Shown here: positions 18,248 to 26,364 of the stretch, piece after piece | Layout of the letters: the number at the start of each line of letters is the position of its first letter | How positions within the stretch are numbered: position 1 is the stretch's first letter | Sequence record: OY101132.1 | Strand: one strand, 5' to 3' | DNA length: 32,000 nt | Translations under genes and position numbers: made by a program | Notes under the pieces: generated by a model | What the model saw: only the letters and a program-made list of their open reading frames with translations | Database searches by the model: none | Told to the model about the DNA's origin: nothing

Positions 18248-19507
18248 TTACTTTGATTTTGTTAAAAAAAACGCAGTGACAATTATTAAAACTAAGCTTC
18301 TATAATCTAAAATATGCCCAAATACAACCCAAAGTTCTCTAAAACATAACATTAAAGCTAAAGTAGCTAATATTACAAGAGTATAGTGATATAAAGAACC
18401 AGTTTGCGCTTTATGTAATTGATGAGCTGTTTTTAAAGCAACTGAAGAAAGACCTGTAGGTCCAATGATTTCAAATGTACCCCGATCAATATTCTTATAA
18501 CTCATTGAATAACCGAATTTGAAGAAAAACTGACCAAAACATTCATTATAAATTTTATCAAAAAACCATTTTTTGTTCAAAAAAGTATAAATCTTTCTTC
18601 CTAGAACTGAAGTTTTAAGAGAAAATAAAATAGAACTTTGAAAATTGTACAAAAAGAATGACAAACTAGCACCTGATAAACTTAAAGTAACTGGTAAAAT
18701 TTTATAGAAAAATTCTACAAACTCTGCATCAAATACATGAAGAGTCTTAGGATTATTATAAATAGCGTTACCAAAAAAATCACTTCCTACACCAACAATC
18801 ATATCTTTTGTATAAAAGCCTACAAAAATACTTGGAATAGTTAAAAAGCATAATGCTACAAAAATATTACTAAAAGTTTCTTTAGCAAAACCAATAACAG
18901 GTTTGTAACCATTTGGTTTAACCAAGAAAGTTAAACAAACTAATCGTGTAGAGTAAAATGCTGTTAAAAAAGCACCAACGGTACCTAAAAAATAACTAAA
19001 ATGACTGAACGAAGTAAACTTTCCATAAGATAATTCTAAAATCATATCTTTTGAATAAAACCCTGCTAAAAACGGAAAACCTATTAACGCTAATGAACCA
19101 ATTGTCATTACTGAATATGTAAATGGAACAAAGTTTTTTAAACCTCCCATTTTTCGCATGTCTTGCTCATCATTTACTGCATGAATCACTGCACCGGCAC
19201 CCAAAAACAACAATGCTTTAAAAAATGCATGATTTGCTAAATGGAAAATCCCAACAGCGTAGTCGGAAAGTCCACAAGAAAAAACCATATACCCTAACTG
19301 ACTACAAGTTGAATAAGCAATTACTCGTTTCAAATCATTCTGTAACAACCCGACACTAGAAGCAAAAAAAGCTGTACCAGCACCTAAAATTGTAATAAAT
19401 TCTAAAATGTGAGGAGCATGCTCATAAATAAATGATGTTCTAGCAATTAAAAAAACTCCAGCAGTTACCATTGTTGCTGCATGAATAAGAGCTGATACAG
19501 GAGTTGG
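18248..19507 (-). CDS. nad5: NADH dehydrogenase subunit 5, exon 2
   Basis: Begins 'PTPVSALIHAATMVTAG', continuing the conserved 'WLPDAMEG|PTPVSALIHAATMV' block. The ATG at 19508-19510 is the intron's 3' end, not a start codon. Confidence 0.93.
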   Translation of the reverse strand, partial: PTPVSALIHAATMVTAGVFLIARTSFIYEHAPHILEFITILGAGTAFFASSVGLLQNDLKRVIAYSTCSQLGYMVFSCGLSDYAVGIFHLANHAFFKALLFLGAGAVIHAVNDEQDMRKMGGLKNFVPFTYSVMTIGSLALIGFPFLAGFYSKDMILELSYGKFTSFSHFSYFLGTVGAFLTAFYSTRLVCLTFLVKPNGYKPVIGFAKETFSNIFVALCFLTIPSIFVGFYTKDMIVGVGSDFFGNAIYNNPKTLHVFDAEFVEFFYKILPVTLSLSGASLSFFLYNFQSSILFSLKTSVLGRKIYTFLNKKWFFDKIYNECFGQFFFKFGYSMSYKNIDRGTFEIIGPTGLSSVALKTAHQLHKAQTGSLYHYTLVILATLALMLCFRELWVVFGHILDYRSLVLIIVTAFFLTKSK

Positions 19508-20107
19508 CATTTGTGTTGGTATTTTCTCTTAAGAAAATACACGCAACTATTCTCATAGCTGAGCGGACTATATCTTCATTAGACTTATTTATTGATTTTA
19601 GCAATTAAATTTTTGATTTTAAAGGATAAATGGTAAAATAACAAATAACTTTAGAAAGCTTTAAAAGATTAACAGTCATATTGTAACCTTCATAACTTTT
19701 TAAATAGGATATTTTACCACCAAGTAACTTGGCAATTTCTGTAAGTAATTCGAGCTCGCCTTTTTGAGATAAAATATATCTAACTTGAACTTGCTTACGG
19801 TCTTCTATTGTTTTTCTTGTTCTGTTAAGCACACTACAAGTAAAACATCCTTCAGCATCCGTAAAACCAATAAACCAATTTCTAAAAGTTGAATCAAAAT
19901 TTAACTTATGCGTAATATCACTATTGTCTAATGTTCCACGTGTAGTCTCTGAGGATCCTACTTTATCATCATTTAAAGATGATATTTGGTTTCCTGCGGA
20001 TTGTCTTACTGTTGAGATTTTTCCGAGCAAGTATTTTACTTGAGTGGACTCAACAATTTCAAGATGTTCCCGCATATAGTGGAATTTACCGAGAGCCCAA
20101 AACCTTA
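19508..20107 (-). mobile_element. group I intron in nad5 (600 nt)
   Basis: Exon 1 ends in ...GAG GGT (a U precedes the 5' splice site) and the intron ends in G. Core elements seen in the sense strand: P-like ATGCGGGAAC, Q-like AATCCGCAGG, R-like TCAGAGACTACA, S-like AAGATATAGTCC. Confidence 0.85.
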
Positions 20108-20132
20108 ACCCTCCATAGCGTCGGGTAACCAT
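19605..20132 (-). CDS. intron-encoded LAGLIDADG ORF, single-domain (half-size), probably degenerate
   Basis: '[13 protein letters not shown]' motif followed by about 85 aa ending '[11 protein letters not shown]'. The N-terminal ~85 codons read through the ribozyme core. The first 25 nt overlap nad5 exon 1 out of frame, so the real start is uncertain. Confidence 0.6.
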   Translation of the reverse strand: MVTRRYGGLRFWALGKFHYMREHLEIVESTQVKYLLGKISTVRQSAGNQISSLNDDKVGSSETTRGTLDNSDITHKLNFDSTFRNWFIGFTDAEGCFTCSVLNRTRKTIEDRKQVQVRYILSQKGELELLTEIAKLLGGKISYLKSYEGYNMTVNLLKLSKVICYFTIYPLKSKI

Positions 20133-20854
20133 GTATGCAACCCTAATTGAGCAGATTTACCAACTGCTCCAAAAAATATAAATATACAAACCAAAGATAA
20201 AATATTAAAATCCATATTTAAAAAGTTAATAGTTTCTGATTTAAAAAATGGAGCTAAAACTGCTACTGTAGCATAGTCAACAGATTTAAAATTCACAAAT
20301 AAAATTAATATACCAATAATTAAACTAAAATCGCCAATACGATTAATAATCATAGCTTTAATAGCAGCTTTATTAGCTTGAACTCTTGTAAACCAAAAAT
20401 TTATCAACAAATAAGAACATAAACCAACACCCTCCCAACCTAGAAACATTTGAATAAAATTATCAGCTGTCACTAAAATTAACATGAAAAAAGTAAATAA
20501 CGATAAATAAGACATAAATCTTGGTAAATGAGGATCGTGTGCCATATACTCTATTGAATATAGATGTACTAAAGACGAAACAAAAGTAACTACTATACAC
20601 ATAACTACTGTTAAACTATCAAATAAAAATCCCCAGTTAATTAATAAAACTTCAGAACTAACCCAAGTTGATAGTCGAATATAAACAGGACTTCCCATAA
20701 ATCCTACTTCATAAAATGCGAAAAGAGATAAAAAAAATGAAATTACTAAACAGCTTGTTGTAATTATTGCTGAACCTTTTGGTCCTACTGCTCTACCGAA
20801 TAATCCAGTTATACAAAACCCTGCAAGGGGCAAAAAAATTAGTGGAATATACAT
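20108..20854 (-). CDS. nad5: NADH dehydrogenase subunit 5, exon 1
   Basis: 249 codons ending '[18 protein letters not shown]'. The in-frame TAA that follows is the first triplet of the intron. Confidence 0.93.
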
Positions 20855-20914
20855 TTTAAAAAAAGGTTATTTTAGCCTTTTAATTCATTTAATATGTGTT
20901 CTAATTAAAAAACT

Positions 20915-20988
20915 CACATCTTAAGGGATTTGAACCCCTGACCGGCAGCTTAGAAGGCTGTTGCTCTATCCAACTGAGCTAAAGATGC
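20915..20988 (-). tRNA. trnR: tRNA-Arg, anticodon TCT
   Basis: Reverse complement gives acceptor GCATCTT/AAGATGT, anticodon loop CTTCTAA, T-arm AGGGG-TTCAAAT-CCCTT. Confidence 0.85.
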
Positions 20989-21012
20989 AATAAAATTTTT
21001 AAACTATTATAG

Positions 21013-21501
21013 TTATAAAGTATTTGGTTTACGTAAAAATAGTTTTCTTAAGCACAATTCTCCGTAACAATCAAATAATTGAATGTATTTTTTTTGAAAA
21101 GATAATTTTTTAAAAGTTTTAAGATTACTTTGTTCTAAAACAACATTATCTGGATCTGTTAGTTTTAAAAAAATTTTGTTTTTTTTATCCGAATTAAATA
21201 ACCCTTTGACTTCTAATTTTAAACTTGGAAAACTTAAACTTTTAATCTTTTTTATTATCAAAAAAAATGTTAAAGGTTTAAACGAATCTATTAGAAACTC
21301 TTTACTATAATATCTAAATTCAAATTGCTCTTGAGCAGTTTTATTAACATGAGGGGATTTTAAAATGGTAATAAATTTTCGCTTTTTTTGCTTTGAAAAA
21401 TGCTTTAAGACAGCTGGCGAAATGCTTAATCTTTGTAAAAATTGAAGAAATTTTTCTAAGACGTGATTATCTTTAGAAGATACTTTAAAATGAAGAAACA
21501 T
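21013..21501 (-). CDS. rps10: ribosomal protein S10
   Basis: 162 aa with 'ITILKSPHVNKTAQEQFEFRYY' (S10 'SPH..K.S.EQFE.R'). Confidence 0.75.
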   Translation of the reverse strand: MFLHFKVSSKDNHVLEKFLQFLQRLSISPAVLKHFSKQKKRKFITILKSPHVNKTAQEQFEFRYYSKEFLIDSFKPLTFFLIIKKIKSLSFPSLKLEVKGLFNSDKKNKIFLKLTDPDNVVLEQSNLKTFKKLSFQKKYIQLFDCYGELCLRKLFLRKPNTL

Positions 21502-21518
21502 TATTATTATTTAAAAAA

Positions 21519-21607
21519 CAGAAGAAGTGGGATTTGAACCCACGATACAGAAAATTCTATATAAAGATTTAGCAGATCTTCGCTTTAAACCACTCAGCCA
21601 TTCTTCT
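21519..21607 (-). tRNA. trnS: tRNA-Ser, anticodon GCT (type II)
   Basis: Reverse complement gives acceptor AGAAGAA/TTCTTCT, anticodon stem AAGAT/ATCTT, loop CTGCTAA, long variable arm, T-arm GTGGG-TTCAAAT-CCCAC. Confidence 0.88.
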
Positions 21608-21646
21608 TTTTTATAAAGTTATTTAAAATTTAACCCAAAAACTTAA

Positions 21647-23650
21647 TTAAGCTAATAACGTTGCTTTATAAAATAATAGATAAACAATCATTGGATCAAC
21701 ACACAAAACAATTAATGATATAGCTAAAATAGAAATCAAAAGTGCTTTTTGAGTAGTAATAGGCATATATAGCTTTCCAACTAAAGTATTCTCAAAATAT
21801 AAAATTTTTATTAATCGAATATAATAAAAAGTAGAAATTACACTAAAAAGGATACTTAAAACAGCTACTAAATACGCAGAAGACTTTACTACAACTAAAA
21901 AAATTCCAATTTTTGCTAAAAACCCTACAATTGGAGGAATCCCAGCTATAGAGAACAGAGTTATAGCTAAAATTAAAGCTAACATAGGATTAGATTGATT
22001 TAGAAGTACTAAATCGCCCAGCTCTTTATTTGATTTACTAAAGTAAAAGCTTCTTTTTTGACGTAAAAATAAATAAACTGACCAAAAGGCTAACCCCGAT
22101 ACCATGTAGATTACTAAATAGTAAAACATCATTTGCATTCCTTCTAAATTTCCAGTACTAAAGGATAACATTAAATAACCTGTATGACTAATTGAACTAT
22201 AAGCTAAAAGTGTTTTCAATTTTCGTTGTTCTAGTCCTCCCAATGAACCAACGAAAACACTTAAAACCGCTAATAAGAAAAAATACATTTGAAAATTTTC
22301 AATGAAAATTTGATAAAAACTAACGTAGCATAATCTCATTAATAAAACAAACAAAGCCATTTTAGGGACTACAGCGAAAAAAAAGGTTGTTGAATTAGGA
22401 GAACCTTCATAAACATCTAACGACCAAAAATGAAAAGGAGCAATAGATAATTTAATAAATAAACTTACACAAATTAGAATAAAACCGATAGAAACTAAAC
22501 TTGTATTTAACATTGATAAATCACTCACTGTACCAATAGCTTCTACATTAATATAAGAAGCAAAAATATGTTTTAATAACAATAATTTTTCACTTAACTC
22601 ACTTGCATCAGAGATTAACAAACTAGCCCATACGTTATTGCGAGAAAAAGACTGGAATTCGGCTATCAAAAAATCTGCACTAAACTGAGTTAAAAACCAA
22701 GAGTCTTTAATTGAAGTTGAAATAGTAAACCAATCAGCTAAAGAGGCAGAAATCACAAAAGTAGAAGCAGAAATAGATGAAATATTATCGAATTTATTCG
22801 TATTACACCAATCGATTAAACTATCTCTGCTATCCATAGCAATACTTTGTACTGGGGCTGAATCTGATCCTGCAAAAGAAATTCCAATAAGTCCAAAAAG
22901 AGACTTGTCATATGCTAGATCATAACTTCCAAGCGCAAGTTCATGGTGAGAGCAACTATTTAATACACTTGAAACAACAAGAGGAGATGCTTGAATATCG
23001 GAAGCAAATAATAACGAAAAAAACATTTGAAGATCATCAAAACTTAAACTTCCCATACAACCATAGATAATCGAAGACCCAAACAAAAATAACGCAGAGG
23101 ATAAAGCTCCGATAATAAAATATTTTAAACCACTTTCAATTGAATAACTAGATTTTCTTTTGAAAGCAGACATAATATAAAAAGCAATACTGTGCAATTC
23201 AATAGCAAGATACGCAGTGATTAAATCGTTAGCTGAACATAATAGCAATAAACCTAAAATTGAAATAATAATTAAAACAACATACTCGAAGTTATTTTGA
23301 ATAGGTTCATCTCTAAATGATACGTTAACTATTATTAAAAATAAAATAGAGGTTAAACAAATAACAAATTTTGAAGCAAAACCAAAGTAATCATTGATAA
23401 TGAAATTATTACTAGTAAACGAATTCATAACTAGCAAATCTTCATTTAAAATAAGAAAAGCTGATAAGATAATTAACAAAGTACCAATATAGTAAACTTG
23501 TGCATTTAAAATAACAAATCCAGCTTTACGTTGATAAGCTGTACTAATTGCATAGAAAGTAAATTGAAGAATAGAGCAGCTTAAAAAAAGTTCCGCTGAA
23601 AGAGACATTTCTTTTAAGTGATATATTTGAAATAATTCTGAAGACATCAT
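21647..23650 (-). CDS. nad2: NADH dehydrogenase subunit 2 with a large internal in-frame insertion
   Basis: 667 aa with 'LSIAPFHFWSLDVYEGSPNSTTFF' and 'LLAYSSISHTGYL'. It is about 150-170 aa longer than the roughly 500 aa I expect, and the excess lies between residues ~218 and ~383. Confidence 0.9.
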   Translation of the reverse strand: MMSSELFQIYHLKEMSLSAELFLSCSILQFTFYAISTAYQRKAGFVILNAQVYYIGTLLIILSAFLILNEDLLVMNSFTSNNFIINDYFGFASKFVICLTSILFLIIVNVSFRDEPIQNNFEYVVLIIISILGLLLLCSANDLITAYLAIELHSIAFYIMSAFKRKSSYSIESGLKYFIIGALSSALFLFGSSIIYGCMGSLSFDDLQMFFSLLFASDIQASPLVVSSVLNSCSHHELALGSYDLAYDKSLFGLIGISFAGSDSAPVQSIAMDSRDSLIDWCNTNKFDNISSISASTFVISASLADWFTISTSIKDSWFLTQFSADFLIAEFQSFSRNNVWASLLISDASELSEKLLLLKHIFASYINVEAIGTVSDLSMLNTSLVSIGFILICVSLFIKLSIAPFHFWSLDVYEGSPNSTTFFFAVVPKMALFVLLMRLCYVSFYQIFIENFQMYFFLLAVLSVFVGSLGGLEQRKLKTLLAYSSISHTGYLMLSFSTGNLEGMQMMFYYLVIYMVSGLAFWSVYLFLRQKRSFYFSKSNKELGDLVLLNQSNPMLALILAITLFSIAGIPPIVGFLAKIGIFLVVVKSSAYLVAVLSILFSVISTFYYIRLIKILYFENTLVGKLYMPITTQKALLISILAISLIVLCVDPMIVYLLFYKATLLA

Positions 23651-23653
23651 ATT

Positions 23654-23719
23654 TGTTAAGAATGGGATTTGAACCCATTTTGATCCCCAAAAGATTGATT
23701 TTTATAATCTTAGCTTAAC
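23654..23719 (-). pseudogene. degenerate tRNA-like element (66 nt) with no usable anticodon loop
   Basis: Reverse complement has a canonical T-arm ATGGG-TTCAAAT-CCCAT and acceptor GTTAAGC/TCTTAAC (6 of 7 pairs). The D-loop lacks GG, and the anticodon arm collapses to ATCTT-TTG-GGGAT or a 3-bp stem. Confidence 0.45.
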
Positions 23720-23748
23720 AATTTTATTTTTAAATTATAGAAACAAAA

Positions 23749-25002
23749 TTAGTTAACTTTATAGTTTACTAACTTTGTTTCTATAACTCCAATAAGTGGA
23801 ACTAAAAATAAAAAGAACGAAAAGTAATAAACTGATGCAAATTGACCTAATGCAATAAACGGATCTGTAATAGGCGCCTGACCTACCCACATTAGAGTAA
23901 GAAAATCAGCTACTAATAACCAATAGAAAATTTTAAATAAAGGTCGATAAGTAGTATTTCTAATATAACCGGTGTAAGTATATGGAATTAAAAGCATAAC
24001 TAAAATCGCACCAACCATTGCAACAATACCCGCAGCTTTGTGAGGAATTGATCTTAAAATTGCGTAAAATGGTAAAAAATACCACTCAGGTACTAGATGC
24101 TTTGGAGTCTCCATAGGGTCCGCAGGGATGCAATTATCTGGGTGATTCAGCAAGTTAGGAAAGAAAAATACGAAAACACCGAAAAATAGAACAAAGCAAG
24201 TAAAAGCAAATAAATCCTTTGCAAAATAATAAGGATAAAAAGGTACATCATCTACTCCAGTATCGCTACCAATTGGACTATTAGAACCATCTTTATGTAA
24301 TAAAGCTAAATGAACTAATGTTAACCCTGCAATAATAAATGGTAGTAAAAAATGAACACTATAAAATCGTCTTAATGTAGGTGCATTAACAGTAAAACCA
24401 CCCCATAACCATTCAACTATTGTTTGACCTCCGAACGGAATAGCAGTTACCATGTTAGTAATAACTGTCGCTCCCCAGAAACTCATTTGACCCCACGGCA
24501 GAACATAACCAGTAAAAGCAGTTCCCATAATTAGTAAGAATAAAACTACTCCTGAACACCATAGTAATTGTCGAGGTTTCATATACGATCCGTAATAAAG
24601 TCCTCTGAAAATATGCGAGTACACAACGATGAAGAACATAGAAGCTCCATTTGCATGCACATATCGAATAAACCAACCATTTGGAACGTCTCGCATAATA
24701 TACTCTACACTCGCAAATGCTAAATCGATATTAGCTGTATAATGTGTAGATAAAAGAATTCCAGAAATAATCTGAATTACTAGACACATTCCAGCTAAAG
24801 ATCCAAAACTCCATGCATAAGTTAAACCAATAGGAGTAGGATAGTGAATTAAATGCGAATCAACAAAACCTAAAAGATAGGTTTTGTTCCATCGAAATTT
24901 ATTTAAAGATACATTTCGAGCTCGTGTTCGTGTTGCCAATGCAGTTTGTTTTACAATTTCATTCATACCTAAATCATTTTTTTTTAAAAGGTTAGTAACC
25001 AT
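23749..25002 (-). CDS. cob: apocytochrome b
   Basis: 417 aa, 'YAWSFGSLAG', 'WGATVITN', 'PEWYFLPFYAILRSIP'. The N-terminus is ~25 aa longer than usual, so Met13 may be the true start. Confidence 0.96.
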   Translation of the reverse strand: MVTNLLKKNDLGMNEIVKQTALATRTRARNVSLNKFRWNKTYLLGFVDSHLIHYPTPIGLTYAWSFGSLAGMCLVIQIISGILLSTHYTANIDLAFASVEYIMRDVPNGWFIRYVHANGASMFFIVVYSHIFRGLYYGSYMKPRQLLWCSGVVLFLLIMGTAFTGYVLPWGQMSFWGATVITNMVTAIPFGGQTIVEWLWGGFTVNAPTLRRFYSVHFLLPFIIAGLTLVHLALLHKDGSNSPIGSDTGVDDVPFYPYYFAKDLFAFTCFVLFFGVFVFFFPNLLNHPDNCIPADPMETPKHLVPEWYFLPFYAILRSIPHKAAGIVAMVGAILVMLLIPYTYTGYIRNTTYRPLFKIFYWLLVADFLTLMWVGQAPITDPFIALGQFASVYYFSFFLFLVPLIGVIETKLVNYKVN

Positions 25003-25030
25003 TTGATTTTTAATTTGAGAACTTAAAAAA

Positions 25031-25891
25031 TTACATTAATGAAGTAATTGGTACATTATAAGGCTCTAAATTACCCCACCAGTAAATATTAATAAATAAA
25101 AATAACCACACAACATCCACAAAATGCCAATACCAAATAGCTGATTCAAATCCAAAATGGTGTGTATTTGTTGCATGATTGAATACAATTCGAGCAAATG
25201 ATACAAGTAACGCAACAGTACCAACAAAAACGTGAAAACCGTGGAAACCTGTAGCCAGGTAAAAACAAGATCCGTAAATTCCATCACTAATATTAAAAGG
25301 AGCCGAAACATACTCTAATCCTTGAAAATAAGTAAATAAAGTAGCTAATGCCAAAGTATAAATCAACGAAATAATGGTATGTCTTTTAGCATTTAAAATA
25401 ATTGCGTGATGAGCCCATGTTACTGTAGCACCTGAACTTAATAAAATAAAAGTGTTGGTTAACGGAATTGTGTAGGTATTCATAGTAAGAATCGAATGAG
25501 GTGGCCATGATGATCCGATATTATAAACAGGAGCTAAACTAGAATGAAAGAAAGCCCAAAAAAAAGCAAAGAAAAACATAATTTCAGAAACGATAAATAA
25601 AATCATACCTAACCGTAAACCTCGTTGCACTACAAAAGTATGGTGCTCTTCATAAGTAGCTTCTCTAACAATATCTCGCCACCAAACAAACATAACGAAA
25701 AGTATTAAAATAAAACCATTTACGAATAAACCCCAACCTCCGATCATTTTATGCATATACAGAACACCACCTGTAGTGAACATAAAAGCACCTAAAGATG
25801 CTGCTAAGGGCCAAGGACTAGGATCTACTAAATGAAACTGATGAGTTGTGTTTAAATATTTAAAATCAAATTTATTCTTTAAAGTGCTCAT
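25031..25891 (-). CDS. cox3: cytochrome c oxidase subunit 3
   Basis: 'HQFHLVDPSPWP' ... 'YWHFVDVVWLFLF'. Start placed at Met23 of the tracked ORF (25891) because the longer ORF (to 25957) overlaps the nad3 3' end. Confidence 0.93.
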   Translation of the reverse strand: MSTLKNKFDFKYLNTTHQFHLVDPSPWPLAASLGAFMFTTGGVLYMHKMIGGWGLFVNGFILILFVMFVWWRDIVREATYEEHHTFVVQRGLRLGMILFIVSEIMFFFAFFWAFFHSSLAPVYNIGSSWPPHSILTMNTYTIPLTNTFILLSSGATVTWAHHAIILNAKRHTIISLIYTLALATLFTYFQGLEYVSAPFNISDGIYGSCFYLATGFHGFHVFVGTVALLVSFARIVFNHATNTHHFGFESAIWYWHFVDVVWLFLFINIYWWGNLEPYNVPITSLM

Positions 25892-25910
25892 AGCATTATT
25901 TATTATTATA

Positions 25911-26348
25911 CTAACTCCACTCGATCGCACCGACAGACCAAGCGTAGATAAAACCAATACCTAATTCAACTAAAAATTCAATCATTGACCAAAATCCTAA
26001 AAGATTTAACTGAGAAATCGAAATACACCATGGTGCTAAAAAAATAATCTCAATATCAAATAAAATAAATAAAATTGCGATAATATAAAAGCGTACATTA
26101 AATTGACTTCGAGTATCGCCATAGGCTTCAAACCCACATTCGTAAGTTGAAAGTTTTTCAGTCTCAGGACTTTGAGTAACTAGAAAATAAGATAAAACTA
26201 CAATTAAAAGGGCTAAAAATATTGCAAAACAAAGATAAACAAAAATGCCTAAGTATTCTTCTCTTATCGAAGAGCTATTTAATGAATTGAACTGTTCTAA
26301 ATATTCATTAGAATTTAAAAAGTTTTTTATAAAAAAATTAATATCCAT
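25911..26348 (-). CDS. nad3: NADH dehydrogenase subunit 3 (N-terminally extended ORF)
   Basis: 145 aa, 'EKLSTYECGFEAYGDTRSQFNVRFYIIAILFILFDIEIIFLAPW'. Confidence 0.93.
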   Translation of the reverse strand: MDINFFIKNFLNSNEYLEQFNSLNSSSIREEYLGIFVYLCFAIFLALLIVVLSYFLVTQSPETEKLSTYECGFEAYGDTRSQFNVRFYIIAILFILFDIEIIFLAPWCISISQLNLLGFWSMIEFLVELGIGFIYAWSVGAIEWS

Positions 26349-26364
26349 AAAATTTTTGTGGTAA

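Noticed and set aside
18044-18256. 70-aa plus-strand ORF
   Set aside because: It is antisense to the cox2 5' region.
18248-20854. nad5 as two independent genes or a pseudogene (stop after 'DAMEG', new ATG before 'PTPVSAL')
   Set aside because: The break falls inside an invariant motif. It is bridged by a sequence with group I core elements and correct U/G splice-site nucleotides, so it is an intron, not a gene disruption.
24455-24676. 73-aa minus-strand ORF inside cob
   Set aside because: It is an alternative frame of cob. The cob frame carries all the conserved motifs.
25066-25311. 81-aa minus-strand ORF inside cox3
   Set aside because: It is an alternative frame of cox3.
25892-25957. 22-codon N-terminal extension of cox3
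   Set aside because: It would overlap the nad3 3' end by 47 nt. The conserved cox3 sequence begins shortly after Met23, so the internal ATG is more plausible, though unproven.
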